From IMG/VR virus record IMGVR_UViG_647533159_000004: 48,680 nt of DNA; one strand, written 5' to 3'. Source of the DNA: a virus. Taxonomy: Duplodnaviria > Heunggongvirae > Uroviricota > Caudoviricetes. The notes beneath the pieces are model-generated. The model did not search any database, had not been told where the DNA came from, and worked only from the letters and a program-made list of their open reading frames with translations. Shown piece by piece: positions 28,885-39,062 of the stretch (the first letter of the stretch is position 1; the number at the start of each line of letters is the position of its first letter). Made by a program: the position numbers and the translations under genes.

Positions 28885-29355
28885 ATGAAGCTCTACATCG
28901 CTAACTGCTCACGTCAGCCGCACACGTTCAACTACAAACTCCCCGAAAAAACGCAGTCGTTCGGTGTGACAATTCCGTCCGGACGTCAGCATATGATCGA
29001 AAATCAGTCCGATATTATCGACCACATCATCCGACAGCATGAGCCTTACGGATTCCAGCGTTGTGACAAGGTGGACAAGAATTTTTCTGGTATCTGCTAT
29101 TCCATCGATAAACCTGTGAGCGTCGGTCGCATTGAGGATTGCGCGGAGCAGAAAACGGAAAATCTGGAATCCCTGTCAGAAGAAATTCTCGCAGCCAGCG
29201 CCGTATCGCTGAATAACGCAGTGGATCAGGCAGTGATTCAGAGTGGCGAAAAACCTCAACCAGGTGGTATTGAAATGGAAATTACCGGGGAAGCGGTTAA
29301 CACCGAACAGGAAAATCCGCCCAGCACAAAGCGAAATATTAAGGTTAAAAAATAA
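28885..29355 (+). CDS. Hypothetical head/neck protein, 156 aa
   Basis: ATG at 28885; the ORF-track start is a TTG. Confidence 0.5.
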   Translation: MKLYIANCSRQPHTFNYKLPEKTQSFGVTIPSGRQHMIENQSDIIDHIIRQHEPYGFQRCDKVDKNFSGICYSIDKPVSVGRIEDCAEQKTENLESLSEEILAASAVSLNNAVDQAVIQSGEKPQPGGIEMEITGEAVNTEQENPPSTKRNIKVKK

Positions 29356-29795
29356 TGACCCTGCGTCCGTCACTGGAGGGGTTTATTCGCTTTGTTCGTG
29401 ACGACATGAAAGTACCGGTTCACGCTATTGCTGACGATGATCCGACGCTGGAATGTTGCTTTCAGTCTGCGATGGAGCTAATCCCTCATGATCAGGGGCT
29501 GGAGCGTTTACCCATCATCTATGTGCGAACGGTTTATAACGCTGCCGCCTCATTTCTCCTGAATTTCGCTCCCGGCTCGTGGTTTGCCGACCTGAGAAAA
29601 AAACTCAACCTTGGGAAACTGGCTACCGGGCTTGTCAGCGCGGCAGCAGACCAGGGGACATCGGGTTCGATCACCATCAGCGACGCGCTGAGTAATCTGT
29701 CTTTGCTGGATTTGCAGATGTTACAGGATCCGTATGGACGACAGGTTGTTGCGGTGCTGATGCAGATGGGCACGGTATGGGGGTACACGCCATGA
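29355..29795 (+). CDS. Hypothetical head-tail joining protein, 146 aa
   Basis: TAATG coupling with upstream gene. Confidence 0.5.
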   Translation: MTLRPSLEGFIRFVRDDMKVPVHAIADDDPTLECCFQSAMELIPHDQGLERLPIIYVRTVYNAAASFLLNFAPGSWFADLRKKLNLGKLATGLVSAAADQGTSGSITISDALSNLSLLDLQMLQDPYGRQVVAVLMQMGTVWGYTP

Positions 29796-30232
29796 AACTT
29801 TGTTTTGGTGTTGTTGACCAGCCGTATGACTACGGTGACGAACCGGGAAAAACCACGTTCGACGTGGCCTGTGACCTCGAGGAGCGATACGAAATTTTTA
29901 CGCACTTCTGGGAAATGCATAAGGACGAGATTATCCAGGAGGCAGGGGAGATGGTTGCGTTCCAGCTCATTCGCCATCTCAAAAATAAAGTGCCGTTGCC
30001 ACCTGTGCAGGTTATGGGCGATACCCGCGGGATTTTTCACCGTTTTCTGGAAGCCGAGGAAATGGCCGGGATGACGATTAACGGAAACCCTGTGCCAACT
30101 CAGGCCGCGCTACTGGGCGTTAACTCCAGGCTTAAGGACAAATATACCGGAGAGCGACGTCCGTCATTCATAGACGGCGGCCTGTTTAAGGGCAGCTTTA
30201 TAGCGTGGATAGATAATAATGCCGAGTCTTGA
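29792..30232 (+). CDS. Hypothetical head-tail joining protein, 146 aa
   Basis: ATGA coupling; GGGGGT SD. Confidence 0.5.
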   Translation: MKLCFGVVDQPYDYGDEPGKTTFDVACDLEERYEIFTHFWEMHKDEIIQEAGEMVAFQLIRHLKNKVPLPPVQVMGDTRGIFHRFLEAEEMAGMTINGNPVPTQAALLGVNSRLKDKYTGERRPSFIDGGLFKGSFIAWIDNNAES

Positions 30233-31163
30233 GGAATTAGCCGAACAGCACAGTTCGCAGCTCTCGTCCGTTCTTAAATCCGCAGTTGAAACCATCTCGT
30301 CAGACCAGGAAATCACGTTCAGGCTCTATGTCCGGCAGGTTCTGCCGCTGGATGGCTTTGTCTATTGGGTTAATGCGGAAATCATCAGTTGCGATGAACT
30401 GTGTCGCCTGAATATTGAGTCACCAACTCGTCTGAAAATCAAAGGCAGTCTGCATCGTCAGGTTATTGCGATTCAGGACGAGTCTGTCTCGAAGGATGTG
30501 AACAACATTATTTTCACGCCTGTTCAGCAGGTTGATGATTTTAATGTGGAAAATCCCGATGCGATCTATCTCGGTGAGTATGGCGGCGTCCAGTTTGCTT
30601 TTTCACGAATGGAGAGCCGTTATCAGCAGTCGGGTATTTTTCATTATCGCGGTATGGCGATTTTACCAACCATGCGCTCTCAGATTATCGACTGCGAGGA
30701 GGATATCAGCGACGAGCAGATCATCTCCAACAGCATCCCGATCTGGCTGCAAATGAAAGATGCCGCGACCGTGTATCCGTCTTACCTGGTACCGCAGAAC
30801 CTTCGTCCTCCGTATATCGCGGTGGATGTTCGCAACAGTATTCCTTTGCAGGTGGCTCCTGTTGTTTTCGGCGGTGAGCGGTTTCAGCTCGTCCAGGATT
30901 CGGTTCGCCTGACGCTTTACGGATTCAGCAACAAAATGGCGCTGGATCTTGTCGACTCGGTGGTGAACAGGGCGCTGGAGGAGGAAAAGTTTGGCGTAAC
31001 CAATATTCCGGTGGTTCAGGACGCAAAGTCGGGACAGGTTGAAATCAACGCTCTGGCGAAGAAAAAAATTGTCGATTTTGACGTGAATTACTACCAGAGC
31101 ACCGCCCGGGAAATATCCCGGCAGTTGATTGAAAAAGTTATTTGTAAATATGAGGTTAAATAA
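30219..31163 (+). CDS. Hypothetical structural protein, 314 aa
   Basis: Coupled ORF in structural operon. Confidence 0.5.
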   Translation: MPSLEELAEQHSSQLSSVLKSAVETISSDQEITFRLYVRQVLPLDGFVYWVNAEIISCDELCRLNIESPTRLKIKGSLHRQVIAIQDESVSKDVNNIIFTPVQQVDDFNVENPDAIYLGEYGGVQFAFSRMESRYQQSGIFHYRGMAILPTMRSQIIDCEEDISDEQIISNSIPIWLQMKDAATVYPSYLVPQNLRPPYIAVDVRNSIPLQVAPVVFGGERFQLVQDSVRLTLYGFSNKMALDLVDSVVNRALEEEKFGVTNIPVVQDAKSGQVEINALAKKKIVDFDVNYYQSTAREISRQLIEKVICKYEVK

Positions 31164-32500
31164 TGGGATTTAATATCGTCACGGTGAATGTGTCCCAGAC
31201 CATCGGGGCCATACCCTCGAATCTGCAACAGATGGCTGCGATTCTCTCGTTTGGTTCCACGACTCATGAGCCGGGAAAGCCTGTATTACTCACCCGTAAT
31301 CAGGATATTAACGATCTGGTTAAAAATCCGATTGCTGCGTTGTCGGCGGCTGCCGCAGGAAAATCTGCGGCAAACGTCACCGTTACGATGACGCTTCCGG
31401 AAGGGAGTAACATCCGACGCGAAAACAGTTCTGAGGTGAAAATTGTGGTGTCCGGGTGTTCGCCCGACGCGTGGAATGGCGAATATACTGCTACCGTCAC
31501 GGATGAAAAAACACTGACCTGGACGATTGCTGATTCTCAGCTTTCCGGTTCGCCAGTGACACTGGGGCAGTTTTCCATTGTCGGCAGTGAAAATCTGGTG
31601 ACGGCAGTAAACACGTTTTTTGCCCAGGGAAATTCAGTCGGGATTTACCTGCTGGAGCTGGGAGTACAGAAAGGCGGGGTCAGTAAGGAAATCGCTGCAC
31701 TGAAAGCTTATATGGAAGATCCGCTCCTGCGTTTTTATGCGTATCTGGTGCCGCAGCCGTGGGATGGTGACGCAGAATTTATCAGTCTGGCAAAACTCCA
31801 CACCGCCAACGAAGCGATGCAGTATTTCTTCGTGCTGACGAAAACGCCGGACGACACGAATTACGTTTCGCCTTATGCCGGTATTAAGTCGGTTATTGCA
31901 ACGGCGGATGATACGTACCCGGCGACAAACGCGGCAGCAGCCGTAATGTGGAACTATGTTTCCGCATCACCTTCAGAAATCAACAAGGTGCCGCCGATGG
32001 CATTTCGCTATCTGCAGGCGGTAAATGCTCACAAGGGCAAAAATTCCATTCTTACCACGATGACGAAGCAGAATATTAACTACGTCGACACGGGGGCTGA
32101 GGGTGGAATTTCCAACACGATTCTGGTGAAAGGCGTTACCAGTGACGGTAACGATATGACGTACTGGTATTCCGTGGACTGGGTGCAGATTAACGTCGAT
32201 ATGCAGCTCGCCAACACGGTGATCAACGGCAGCAATAACCCCATTAACCCGCTTTACTACAACCAGGACGGGATCGACCGTCTGCAGCAGGTCGCACAGG
32301 CGGTGTTCAATACGGGCGTATCTTACGGCCTGGTCAACGGCCAGCCTGTCGTCGATGCAGTGCCTTTCCGCCAGTATATCAACACTAATCCGAATGATTA
32401 CGGTATCGGGCGTTATGCAGGCCTTTCGGCCTCCTATACGCCGATGCGCGGATTTGTCGAAATCATTTTTAACATCAATGTGACAATGCAGCTTTCGTGA
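31163..32500 (+). CDS. Tail sheath-like protein, 445 aa
   Basis: Size and position before tube-like gene, chaperone and tape measure; GAGG SD. Confidence 0.5.
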   Translation: MGFNIVTVNVSQTIGAIPSNLQQMAAILSFGSTTHEPGKPVLLTRNQDINDLVKNPIAALSAAAAGKSAANVTVTMTLPEGSNIRRENSSEVKIVVSGCSPDAWNGEYTATVTDEKTLTWTIADSQLSGSPVTLGQFSIVGSENLVTAVNTFFAQGNSVGIYLLELGVQKGGVSKEIAALKAYMEDPLLRFYAYLVPQPWDGDAEFISLAKLHTANEAMQYFFVLTKTPDDTNYVSPYAGIKSVIATADDTYPATNAAAAVMWNYVSASPSEINKVPPMAFRYLQAVNAHKGKNSILTTMTKQNINYVDTGAEGGISNTILVKGVTSDGNDMTYWYSVDWVQINVDMQLANTVINGSNNPINPLYYNQDGIDRLQQVAQAVFNTGVSYGLVNGQPVVDAVPFRQYINTNPNDYGIGRYAGLSASYTPMRGFVEIIFNINVTMQLS

Positions 32501-32511
32501 GGGACTGAACC

Positions 32512-32955
32512 GTGCCTAATCCAATGATCCCCGTTGGCACCCTTAACCGGGTTCGCGCCAGCGTTAAATTCACCTCTCATTCCGAACTGAATGTGTCCGC
32601 CTCATTTCTGGCAAAAGAAGGCGTCGAATTGTCCTTTCAGGGCAATATCACGGAGTTTTTACCCGCTATGACGGGAGCCGTGCAGTCGCCGCAGCCATAC
32701 ATGATTTTACAGGCGCGTGTTCATCTGCTGCGTAGCCAGGCGCTGGGAAAACAATTCAAGGCGCAATGGGAAAAAAACGCCACGATCGGCGACGCAAAAG
32801 TGTATAGCGACAGCACGGTGTTTGGTGACTTCGATATCTATAACACGGCGATCACCAATGTGCAGGATATGACCTTCGCCGGGGGCGAGCCGGGTGTGGC
32901 CATCACCATTACCGGTACGTATTACATCAACTCTGAAATGTGGGATCTGGTATGA
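32512..32955 (+). CDS. Tail tube-like protein, 147 aa
   Basis: GTG at 32512 with GAGGGA SD; position. Confidence 0.5.
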   Translation: MPNPMIPVGTLNRVRASVKFTSHSELNVSASFLAKEGVELSFQGNITEFLPAMTGAVQSPQPYMILQARVHLLRSQALGKQFKAQWEKNATIGDAKVYSDSTVFGDFDIYNTAITNVQDMTFAGGEPGVAITITGTYYINSEMWDLV

Positions 32956-33569
32956 AAATCTCCCGAAATCTGAATCTGATTATTCCTGTCCGGACAGAAA
33001 AGGGTAATGGCTGGATCCATGCCACGCCGATCAGCAAAGAGGTGTTTAAAGAGCATTTCTTCATTCTGAGTAAAACCTTTTCTGCCATTTTTTCTGAAGG
33101 TCTTGGCGTCGTTGCGGGTCCGCGCGTTGCTTTTCTGATGCTGGAGCGGATCTCGCGTGATTCCGGTATCTGGGACGATGATAAGGGAGTTCGTAATACG
33201 CTGGTGAACGAAATAATTCGCCTGGCAAACCTTGTTTATCCGGTGGAGGGCAAAGGTTACGACACAATCCCTCTTGATATGGCGCTGGAGCGTGAAATCG
33301 TTGAGCTGGATGATGTTGCGGGTGAACTCGTTTTTTTTACATGCGTCTCGTCAATAAATTCGCCGGAGCAGGCGAAAGGGACTCTGGATGTGGTCAATGG
33401 AATCTGGAGCACTCAATACTCATCCTTGAATCTTACGGACTGGATTGCTTCCTTGCCGACATTGAAGTCTGCCGCCAGTTCTGGCGCGACGGTGAACACA
33501 TCATTAGCGACATCCTCGACTACTCAGCCGGAGCCGGATTCAGAGACATCTGTGCAGATTCCGGTTTGA
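32952..33569 (+). CDS. Tail assembly chaperone (G-like), 205 aa
   Basis: ATGA coupling; lies between tube-like and tape-measure genes; contains slippery heptamer. Confidence 0.6.
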   Translation: MKISRNLNLIIPVRTEKGNGWIHATPISKEVFKEHFFILSKTFSAIFSEGLGVVAGPRVAFLMLERISRDSGIWDDDKGVRNTLVNEIIRLANLVYPVEGKGYDTIPLDMALEREIVELDDVAGELVFFTCVSSINSPEQAKGTLDVVNGIWSTQYSSLNLTDWIASLPTLKSAASSGATVNTSLATSSTTQPEPDSETSVQIPV

Positions 33570-33634
33570 ATGTAAAAACAGCAGCTCAGTTTCGCGAGCT
33601 GCTCAAATTTAAAAATCCCGCAGGAGTATTGTGA
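32952..33634 (+). CDS. Tail assembly chaperone long isoform (GT-like) predicted by -1 frameshift at TTTTTTT (33332-33338)
   Basis: -1 frame opens at 33326 just upstream of the heptamer and stays open to TGA at 33632-33634, which overlaps the tape-measure ATG. Confidence 0.5.
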
Positions 33635-35730
33635 TGGCTGGTAATCAGATGCCAGTTCTTACGCTGGACATTAATGAGGAACAACTCAAACGACTCGAGG
33701 CGGTATTTGAAAAATATCGCAACGGGTTGATGATTGGCCCTGCCGGGACACCGCTTAAAATACCTTCAAATACAGGTCAGGGAGGTGGCGCCCGGCAGAC
33801 AACTACAGGCGGAGAAGCCAATCAGGCTCCCAGGAAACCATCTTCACCTGCTCCAGTTCCGACTGCGTCCACTGATGGACGTTTAAGGGATGAAAAAGGG
33901 CGCTTTGTTGGCAGCGGAAAAACACCTGATTCGCTGGTGAGCAACTATAAAGGTCGCGGCGAAACGATGTTTGATAAGTACCTCAGCGGGCTGGGGAAAA
34001 ACGCCAAACAGACGCTGAAAACTTACAAGCAGATCAATTCTACGCTACGGACGACCACTTCGAGATTAAACAACCTGTTTAAAACTACCGTATCGTGGGG
34101 GACAAAACTTGCGGTTATGGGCGTTGCCGGGCCGTTTGGCTTTGGCATGATGGCTCGTAATGTTGTAGAGAAACAGAAAAATGCAGATGAGCTGATGGCA
34201 ACGCCGGGAGAATTAAAGGCGGCAGAGAGTACCTATTCGCCTTATTTTTCCGGTGTTGGCAATGTGCTCAATACACTGGCAGCCGCACAAAATGATATAG
34301 CGCATCCTGCCCGTGTCGGCCTGCTTAATCTGGGGCTTAATCCTGATAAAAACGCGACTGAAAACCTGCCTGTATTCCTGAAAAAGGTTGCAGCGCTGGC
34401 AAAGGAATATCAGGGAACTGGTCTTACCCAGAGCAATTTCAGAGGAATGGGGCTTGGATGGGTAAATTTTGGTCTTACTAACCAGTTAGTCAAATATCAG
34501 GACAAAATACCTGAACTCAATAAAGAGTTTTTATTGCGGGCTTCTCAGAATGACTCGTTGCTCACATCTGGACATACAAGTCAGTATCAGAATCTTACCA
34601 GTAACTTAGAAAATAACTGGGATCGGCTTACCAGTGGATTTCAGGGGGCGCTGGCCGGGAATGCATATCCCTTAATCAGAATTTCTAATGGCATCACGAA
34701 TGCTGCCCTGAATTTCATGAACGGTGAGAACTTTAAAAGGATTCTGACGGATGTTGAAACGGGTCTGGATAAACTTGGTAAGTACGTAAATAGCCCGGAT
34801 TTTTATAACGACCTGAATAATTTCGCCGGAAATGTTGCAAAGGTCACTAAGGCACTTGGCGGGTTTGTTGGCTTTGCGGCGGAGCATCCCTGGCTTTTTG
34901 GGGCAGCGGTTATTGCCGGAGGAAGTGGGGCTTTCACTGGCGTGGCGAGTGCGGTTGTAACTGCGATGATGAGGCATCCGTTGATCTCTGCGGCAATGGC
35001 TTATGGTGCTTATGCGTATAAAGATCACGAGAATATCATTGCCTCGGCAAATTCATCATGGGACTACACCAAGAGAAATGTTGGTGATGCGCTTCGCTGG
35101 ATAGGTATTGATACCGATCTTGGGCGTAAAAATACCGTTCAGGGAACGCCTGAAATCGCTATGGATATTCCGGGAGTGGCGACTGCAAACGGATTGCAGG
35201 AATATGTAAGAAAGGTAAATCGGGCGTCATTGTTACCTGAGAATATGATGTCGGCAATAGCCCAAAAAGAATCAGGATGGAATCCAAATGCAATAAGCAA
35301 AGCTGGTGCAAAAGGTTTATTTCAATTTATTCCAGAAACAGCAAAAGCTTATGGGCTGGTGGGAAATGATGTTTTTGATCCAATAAAGTCAACACATGCA
35401 GCCGCCAGGTATCTTACTGATAGCATGAAGCGTTATGGTGGTGATATTGCAAAAGTTCTGGCCCAGTATAATGGAGGCAATGCTGCTGTAGGTAAAGATA
35501 ATACCCTGAGACTTAAAAGTGAAACAGTGGATTATCTCCTTAAGCTCATGGCACAGATACCAGCCATGAGAGAGCAGAGGCCGATGCTTGAAGGTAAATT
35601 ACTAAATGCCCAGCAGGTACTTGCCAGTAATCCTGACGGGCGCGCCCTTATTCAGCTTGAGATTCTTAGAAAACCTGGAGATAACTTCGATGCCCAGGTT
35701 GTGGGCCAGCAACAATTTTTGACGAGGTGA
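33634..35730 (+). CDS. Tape measure protein with C-terminal lytic transglycosylase (SLT) domain, 699 aa
   Basis: AGGAG SD; SLT motif (AQKESGWNPNAISKAGAKGLFQFIPETAKAYGL); position after chaperone. Confidence 0.75.
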   Translation: MAGNQMPVLTLDINEEQLKRLEAVFEKYRNGLMIGPAGTPLKIPSNTGQGGGARQTTTGGEANQAPRKPSSPAPVPTASTDGRLRDEKGRFVGSGKTPDSLVSNYKGRGETMFDKYLSGLGKNAKQTLKTYKQINSTLRTTTSRLNNLFKTTVSWGTKLAVMGVAGPFGFGMMARNVVEKQKNADELMATPGELKAAESTYSPYFSGVGNVLNTLAAAQNDIAHPARVGLLNLGLNPDKNATENLPVFLKKVAALAKEYQGTGLTQSNFRGMGLGWVNFGLTNQLVKYQDKIPELNKEFLLRASQNDSLLTSGHTSQYQNLTSNLENNWDRLTSGFQGALAGNAYPLIRISNGITNAALNFMNGENFKRILTDVETGLDKLGKYVNSPDFYNDLNNFAGNVAKVTKALGGFVGFAAEHPWLFGAAVIAGGSGAFTGVASAVVTAMMRHPLISAAMAYGAYAYKDHENIIASANSSWDYTKRNVGDALRWIGIDTDLGRKNTVQGTPEIAMDIPGVATANGLQEYVRKVNRASLLPENMMSAIAQKESGWNPNAISKAGAKGLFQFIPETAKAYGLVGNDVFDPIKSTHAAARYLTDSMKRYGGDIAKVLAQYNGGNAAVGKDNTLRLKSETVDYLLKLMAQIPAMREQRPMLEGKLLNAQQVLASNPDGRALIQLEILRKPGDNFDAQVVGQQQFLTR

Positions 35731-35732
35731 TT

Positions 35733-36386
35733 ATGTCGCTGGGGGTTGTGGGGAGTGTTTTTAAACTTGCGTTTCAGACATCTCCTATCCTTTTGCAAGG
35801 TGGAATTGCGGAAAAAATACCGGGTGGAATAATTCCTGTTGCTTTATTCACTGAGGGATTAAGTATTGTAAATGGCTTGCTGCATGGAAAGTTGAATGGA
35901 GCGACGGCTGCATTTACTCCTATGCCTGGAACAACACTAATTCAGCAGGATATTTGTAATCTGAATTTTTACAACCAGATTACAGCTGCAAATTCAGTAG
36001 TAAAGAAACCTAATCGTGTTGTTATGCAAATGGTTCGTCCGGTATCAACAGAAGATGGCGGATACATTACAAAAGGAATTACATTTGCAGCGCTGAAAAT
36101 TTTTCTGGAAATGCATAATGACAAAGGAGGAAGATATATTGTATTAACTCCTTCATATATTTATACAGACTGCCTGATGCGATCATTTATAGATGTATCA
36201 GGGCTTTCCGAACAAAATAAACAAGTTCAGCACACCTGGCAAATAGAGTTTGAGCAACCACTAATCACAACGTCATCGGTAACGCAAACACTCAACAATA
36301 TTATGAGCAAGTTTGAAAAAGGAACACCGGGGAAAGCGACATGGAAAGCTAATGGCGATTTAATCCCTCCAATACCAAAATTTTAA
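35733..36386 (+). CDS. Tail/baseplate protein, 217 aa
   Basis: ATG at 35733 with GAGGTG SD. Confidence 0.5.
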   Translation: MSLGVVGSVFKLAFQTSPILLQGGIAEKIPGGIIPVALFTEGLSIVNGLLHGKLNGATAAFTPMPGTTLIQQDICNLNFYNQITAANSVVKKPNRVVMQMVRPVSTEDGGYITKGITFAALKIFLEMHNDKGGRYIVLTPSYIYTDCLMRSFIDVSGLSEQNKQVQHTWQIEFEQPLITTSSVTQTLNNIMSKFEKGTPGKATWKANGDLIPPIPKF

Positions 36387-36396
36387 AGGGGAATAT

Positions 36397-36663
36397 ATGC
36401 AAGAGAGAATTGTATTTACCCCCGGGATGGATGAACCATTCAGTTTCATGGCAACAGTTGGCGGAGTAAACATTCAGGCAACTCTGCCATATAATATTTA
36501 TGCACAACGTTATTATTTGAAATTACAGAATGAAAATGGGGATATAATCAGTTTTGTTCCTGTGGTGCCATCACCTGATAATTTTGATATTAATCTGGCG
36601 TTACCTCTTGCTCCGGGAAAGATAGTTTATCGCGCCAGTTCTAACCAGTTCGAGATTTCCTGA
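36397..36663 (+). CDS. Small tail protein, 88 aa
   Basis: ATG at 36397 with AAGGGGA SD. Confidence 0.5.
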   Translation: MQERIVFTPGMDEPFSFMATVGGVNIQATLPYNIYAQRYYLKLQNENGDIISFVPVVPSPDNFDINLALPLAPGKIVYRASSNQFEIS

Positions 36664-37670
36664 TGCGTTATTATAAACTTATTATTACCAAACCAGATAC
36701 ACAACAACCACCTGTGGACAAGAACAATAATAAAATTGGTCCGTTTGATAGCAGTAAAACACCAGGATGCGCTTTGCATATTGAGTTTGATGTTACTGTG
36801 GTTGGATATGATGTTACAACATCAGGAACAATGCTGGCGATCTACGGATTGCCAATGAGTATGCTAACTCAGGCAGTTAATCTGAAAGGATGTCTCGTAA
36901 GTTTGTATGCAGGTTTTACTGATGGTTTACCGTTGGCTAATAAGTCACAGCAGGGAGAGATTATTAATGGAGAAGTACTGGCAGCCTATGGGAACTGGAT
37001 TGGAACTCATCAGTCGCTGAATCTTATTATTAATCCAACTCCAACCCGCACAATTGATGGAAAAATGATTTCTATTTGTGGTTACGGCAAGAAAGGAGAG
37101 ACACTGGGGAACGTGCTTACTCGCGTGCTGTGTGACGCTTTTCCTGATAAAAAAATAGAATGTACTATAAGTGATAATCTTATCCTTTCTGAAGATGAAC
37201 CAATAGTATATAAAAACATCACCTCGCTGGCAGCGGCGATTAGAAGTTGGTCATTAAATGTCATTCGTGATGAACGTTACACCGGAGTCAGAATAACAGT
37301 TCAGTCAGGCACTATTCGTATATTTGATAACACAAAAAGCAGCTCACCAAAAAAAATAGAGGCGTGGGAGCTACTTGGGCAACCTACGTGGTCGGCGCCT
37401 CTGGAAATGACCTTTAAGTGTCCGCTGCGTGGGGATATTTGCTGTGGTGATATTGTCAGTCTTCCAGAAAGAATGTTTTCTGGTACATCCTCCATTTTGA
37501 TGTCTGCTATCACACAGTCATCGGCGCTCACTAATTCATTGGTAACATTTTCAGGGTTATTTCAGATTACGTCAGTCCGCCATATCGGTTCGTTTTTAAC
37601 GGCAGATGGCGATGCATGGGTTACAGTGTTTACTGCGGCGGCAATAATTAACACTGATGCACTTAACTGA
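36663..37670 (+). CDS. Baseplate/tail hub-like protein, 335 aa
   Basis: ATGA coupling; position. Confidence 0.5.
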   Translation: MRYYKLIITKPDTQQPPVDKNNNKIGPFDSSKTPGCALHIEFDVTVVGYDVTTSGTMLAIYGLPMSMLTQAVNLKGCLVSLYAGFTDGLPLANKSQQGEIINGEVLAAYGNWIGTHQSLNLIINPTPTRTIDGKMISICGYGKKGETLGNVLTRVLCDAFPDKKIECTISDNLILSEDEPIVYKNITSLAAAIRSWSLNVIRDERYTGVRITVQSGTIRIFDNTKSSSPKKIEAWELLGQPTWSAPLEMTFKCPLRGDICCGDIVSLPERMFSGTSSILMSAITQSSALTNSLVTFSGLFQITSVRHIGSFLTADGDAWVTVFTAAAIINTDALN

Positions 37671-37684
37671 TCGGAGGTGCGGGA

Positions 37685-38398
37685 ATGTCTAATGCTCAAA
37701 AACATTCAATGACGCGACTTCTGTCAACATTGATTGATGAGCACACTCGCTCAAGAATGGATATGAAAGGCCGCGAGTTGCCCTGCCATGTTGTCGATGT
37801 CAGTGGGCAGATAGTGACAGTTCAGTTTGATATGCTGCCGGAGGGGATCAATTTTCCGCAGATAACAATCCCTGTCGCCACATTCCCGTATATTCGTTAC
37901 CCGATACAGCCGGGCGATCGAGGAGTAACAATTGCCGCTGATGTATCACTGCGCGGTGTGTCCGGATTGGGAACCGGTATGGCGACGCTCTCTTACTCGA
38001 TGTCGCTCACTCCACTGTTTTTCGTGCCACTGGCAAACAAGGACTGGTCCGACGAAGATCCGCAAAAAATCGTTTTGTACGGTCCGGATGGCGCGATCCT
38101 CAAAACAGAGGACAGCAGTAGCTCGGTAACGGTGGCTCCGGAAGAAATCAGGCAAAAGTCGAAAGCTGTTTACCTTGAGGCCGAAGATATTTTCCTGAAC
38201 GGGAAAATTCACCTCAACGGACCGATCGTCCAGGACAAAGCCCAGATGAAGGATACAACCGCTTCGCTGATTGGCCCGCTTACTGTGCAAAATGACGCGG
38301 TGATAAAAGGTGTCAGTGCCAGCGGCCACAGCCACGATGTGACTGGCGTTCAAAGCGGCGGCAGCACGATCACGTCGAAGCAACCAAATCCGGGTTAA
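37685..38398 (+). CDS. Baseplate spike/assembly protein (gpV-like), 237 aa
   Basis: GGAGGTG SD; size and position; terminator follows. Confidence 0.5.
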   Translation: MSNAQKHSMTRLLSTLIDEHTRSRMDMKGRELPCHVVDVSGQIVTVQFDMLPEGINFPQITIPVATFPYIRYPIQPGDRGVTIAADVSLRGVSGLGTGMATLSYSMSLTPLFFVPLANKDWSDEDPQKIVLYGPDGAILKTEDSSSSVTVAPEEIRQKSKAVYLEAEDIFLNGKIHLNGPIVQDKAQMKDTTASLIGPLTVQNDAVIKGVSASGHSHDVTGVQSGGSTITSKQPNPG

Positions 38399-38443
38399 TT
38401 CCGGTTCATTTCACTTTAAATTCTATCTCATAAAGCGAAAGCC

Positions 38444-38476
38444 CCGGCTGCTGGAACAGTTCGGGGCTTTTTGTAT
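38444..38476 (+). terminator. Rho-independent terminator
   Basis: GCCCCG...CGGGGC stem followed by TTTTTG. Confidence 0.55.
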
Positions 38477-38513
38477 CAACAGAACAGTATTTGTAATGGC
38501 ATGGAGATTACTC

Positions 38514-38711
38514 ATGCAACCAAATTCTAGCGCACCTAAAGATAAATTTGGAGACGATTTGATGATTAAGGCTGAGACAACCCCACAAGGGGCTGATAAG
38601 GCTGCGAGAATAATCGCAGTATGTCGGGGTATTCGGCATATTCTGACTCCAGTAGCGTGGATCATTTGCACCGCTCTGGTTACCGGCACCTTAATTTACT
38701 TGAAAGGTTGA
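38514..38711 (+). CDS. Small putative membrane protein, about 65 aa
   Basis: ATG at 38514 with GGAG upstream; C-terminal hydrophobic segment. Confidence 0.35.
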   Translation: MQPNSSAPKDKFGDDLMIKAETTPQGADKAARIIAVCRGIRHILTPVAWIICTALVTGTLIYLKG

Positions 38712-38714
38712 CGT

Positions 38715-39062
38715 ATGAGAACATGGGGCCGCGTCACCGACGCGAACGGCAACAAAAAATGGGTTGCAGTAGAATCTGACGCCAACGGTGATTTCTCCTA
38801 CGGCTGGCTGACGACGCTCATTCAGACGTTAAAGCTGGGATTGGGGGAGTCGCCATTTTACGCGAATTACGGTATTCCTGCGCAGCAGTGCATCGTGCAG
38901 CAGATTTACCCGGACTACTATGTGAACATGGTTCAGCAACAGTTTGCCGGGTATTTTGCATCATTGGCCATTTCAAAGGTAGATGGGGCAGAGAACCCCA
39001 CCTATAACATCGATGTTGTGTTTTTTAACGGAACCAGTTACCGGACGCAGGTTCCGGTTTGA
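38715..39062 (+). CDS. Hypothetical tail/baseplate protein, 115 aa
   Basis: ATG at 38715. Confidence 0.45.
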   Translation: MRTWGRVTDANGNKKWVAVESDANGDFSYGWLTTLIQTLKLGLGESPFYANYGIPAQQCIVQQIYPDYYVNMVQQQFAGYFASLAISKVDGAENPTYNIDVVFFNGTSYRTQVPV

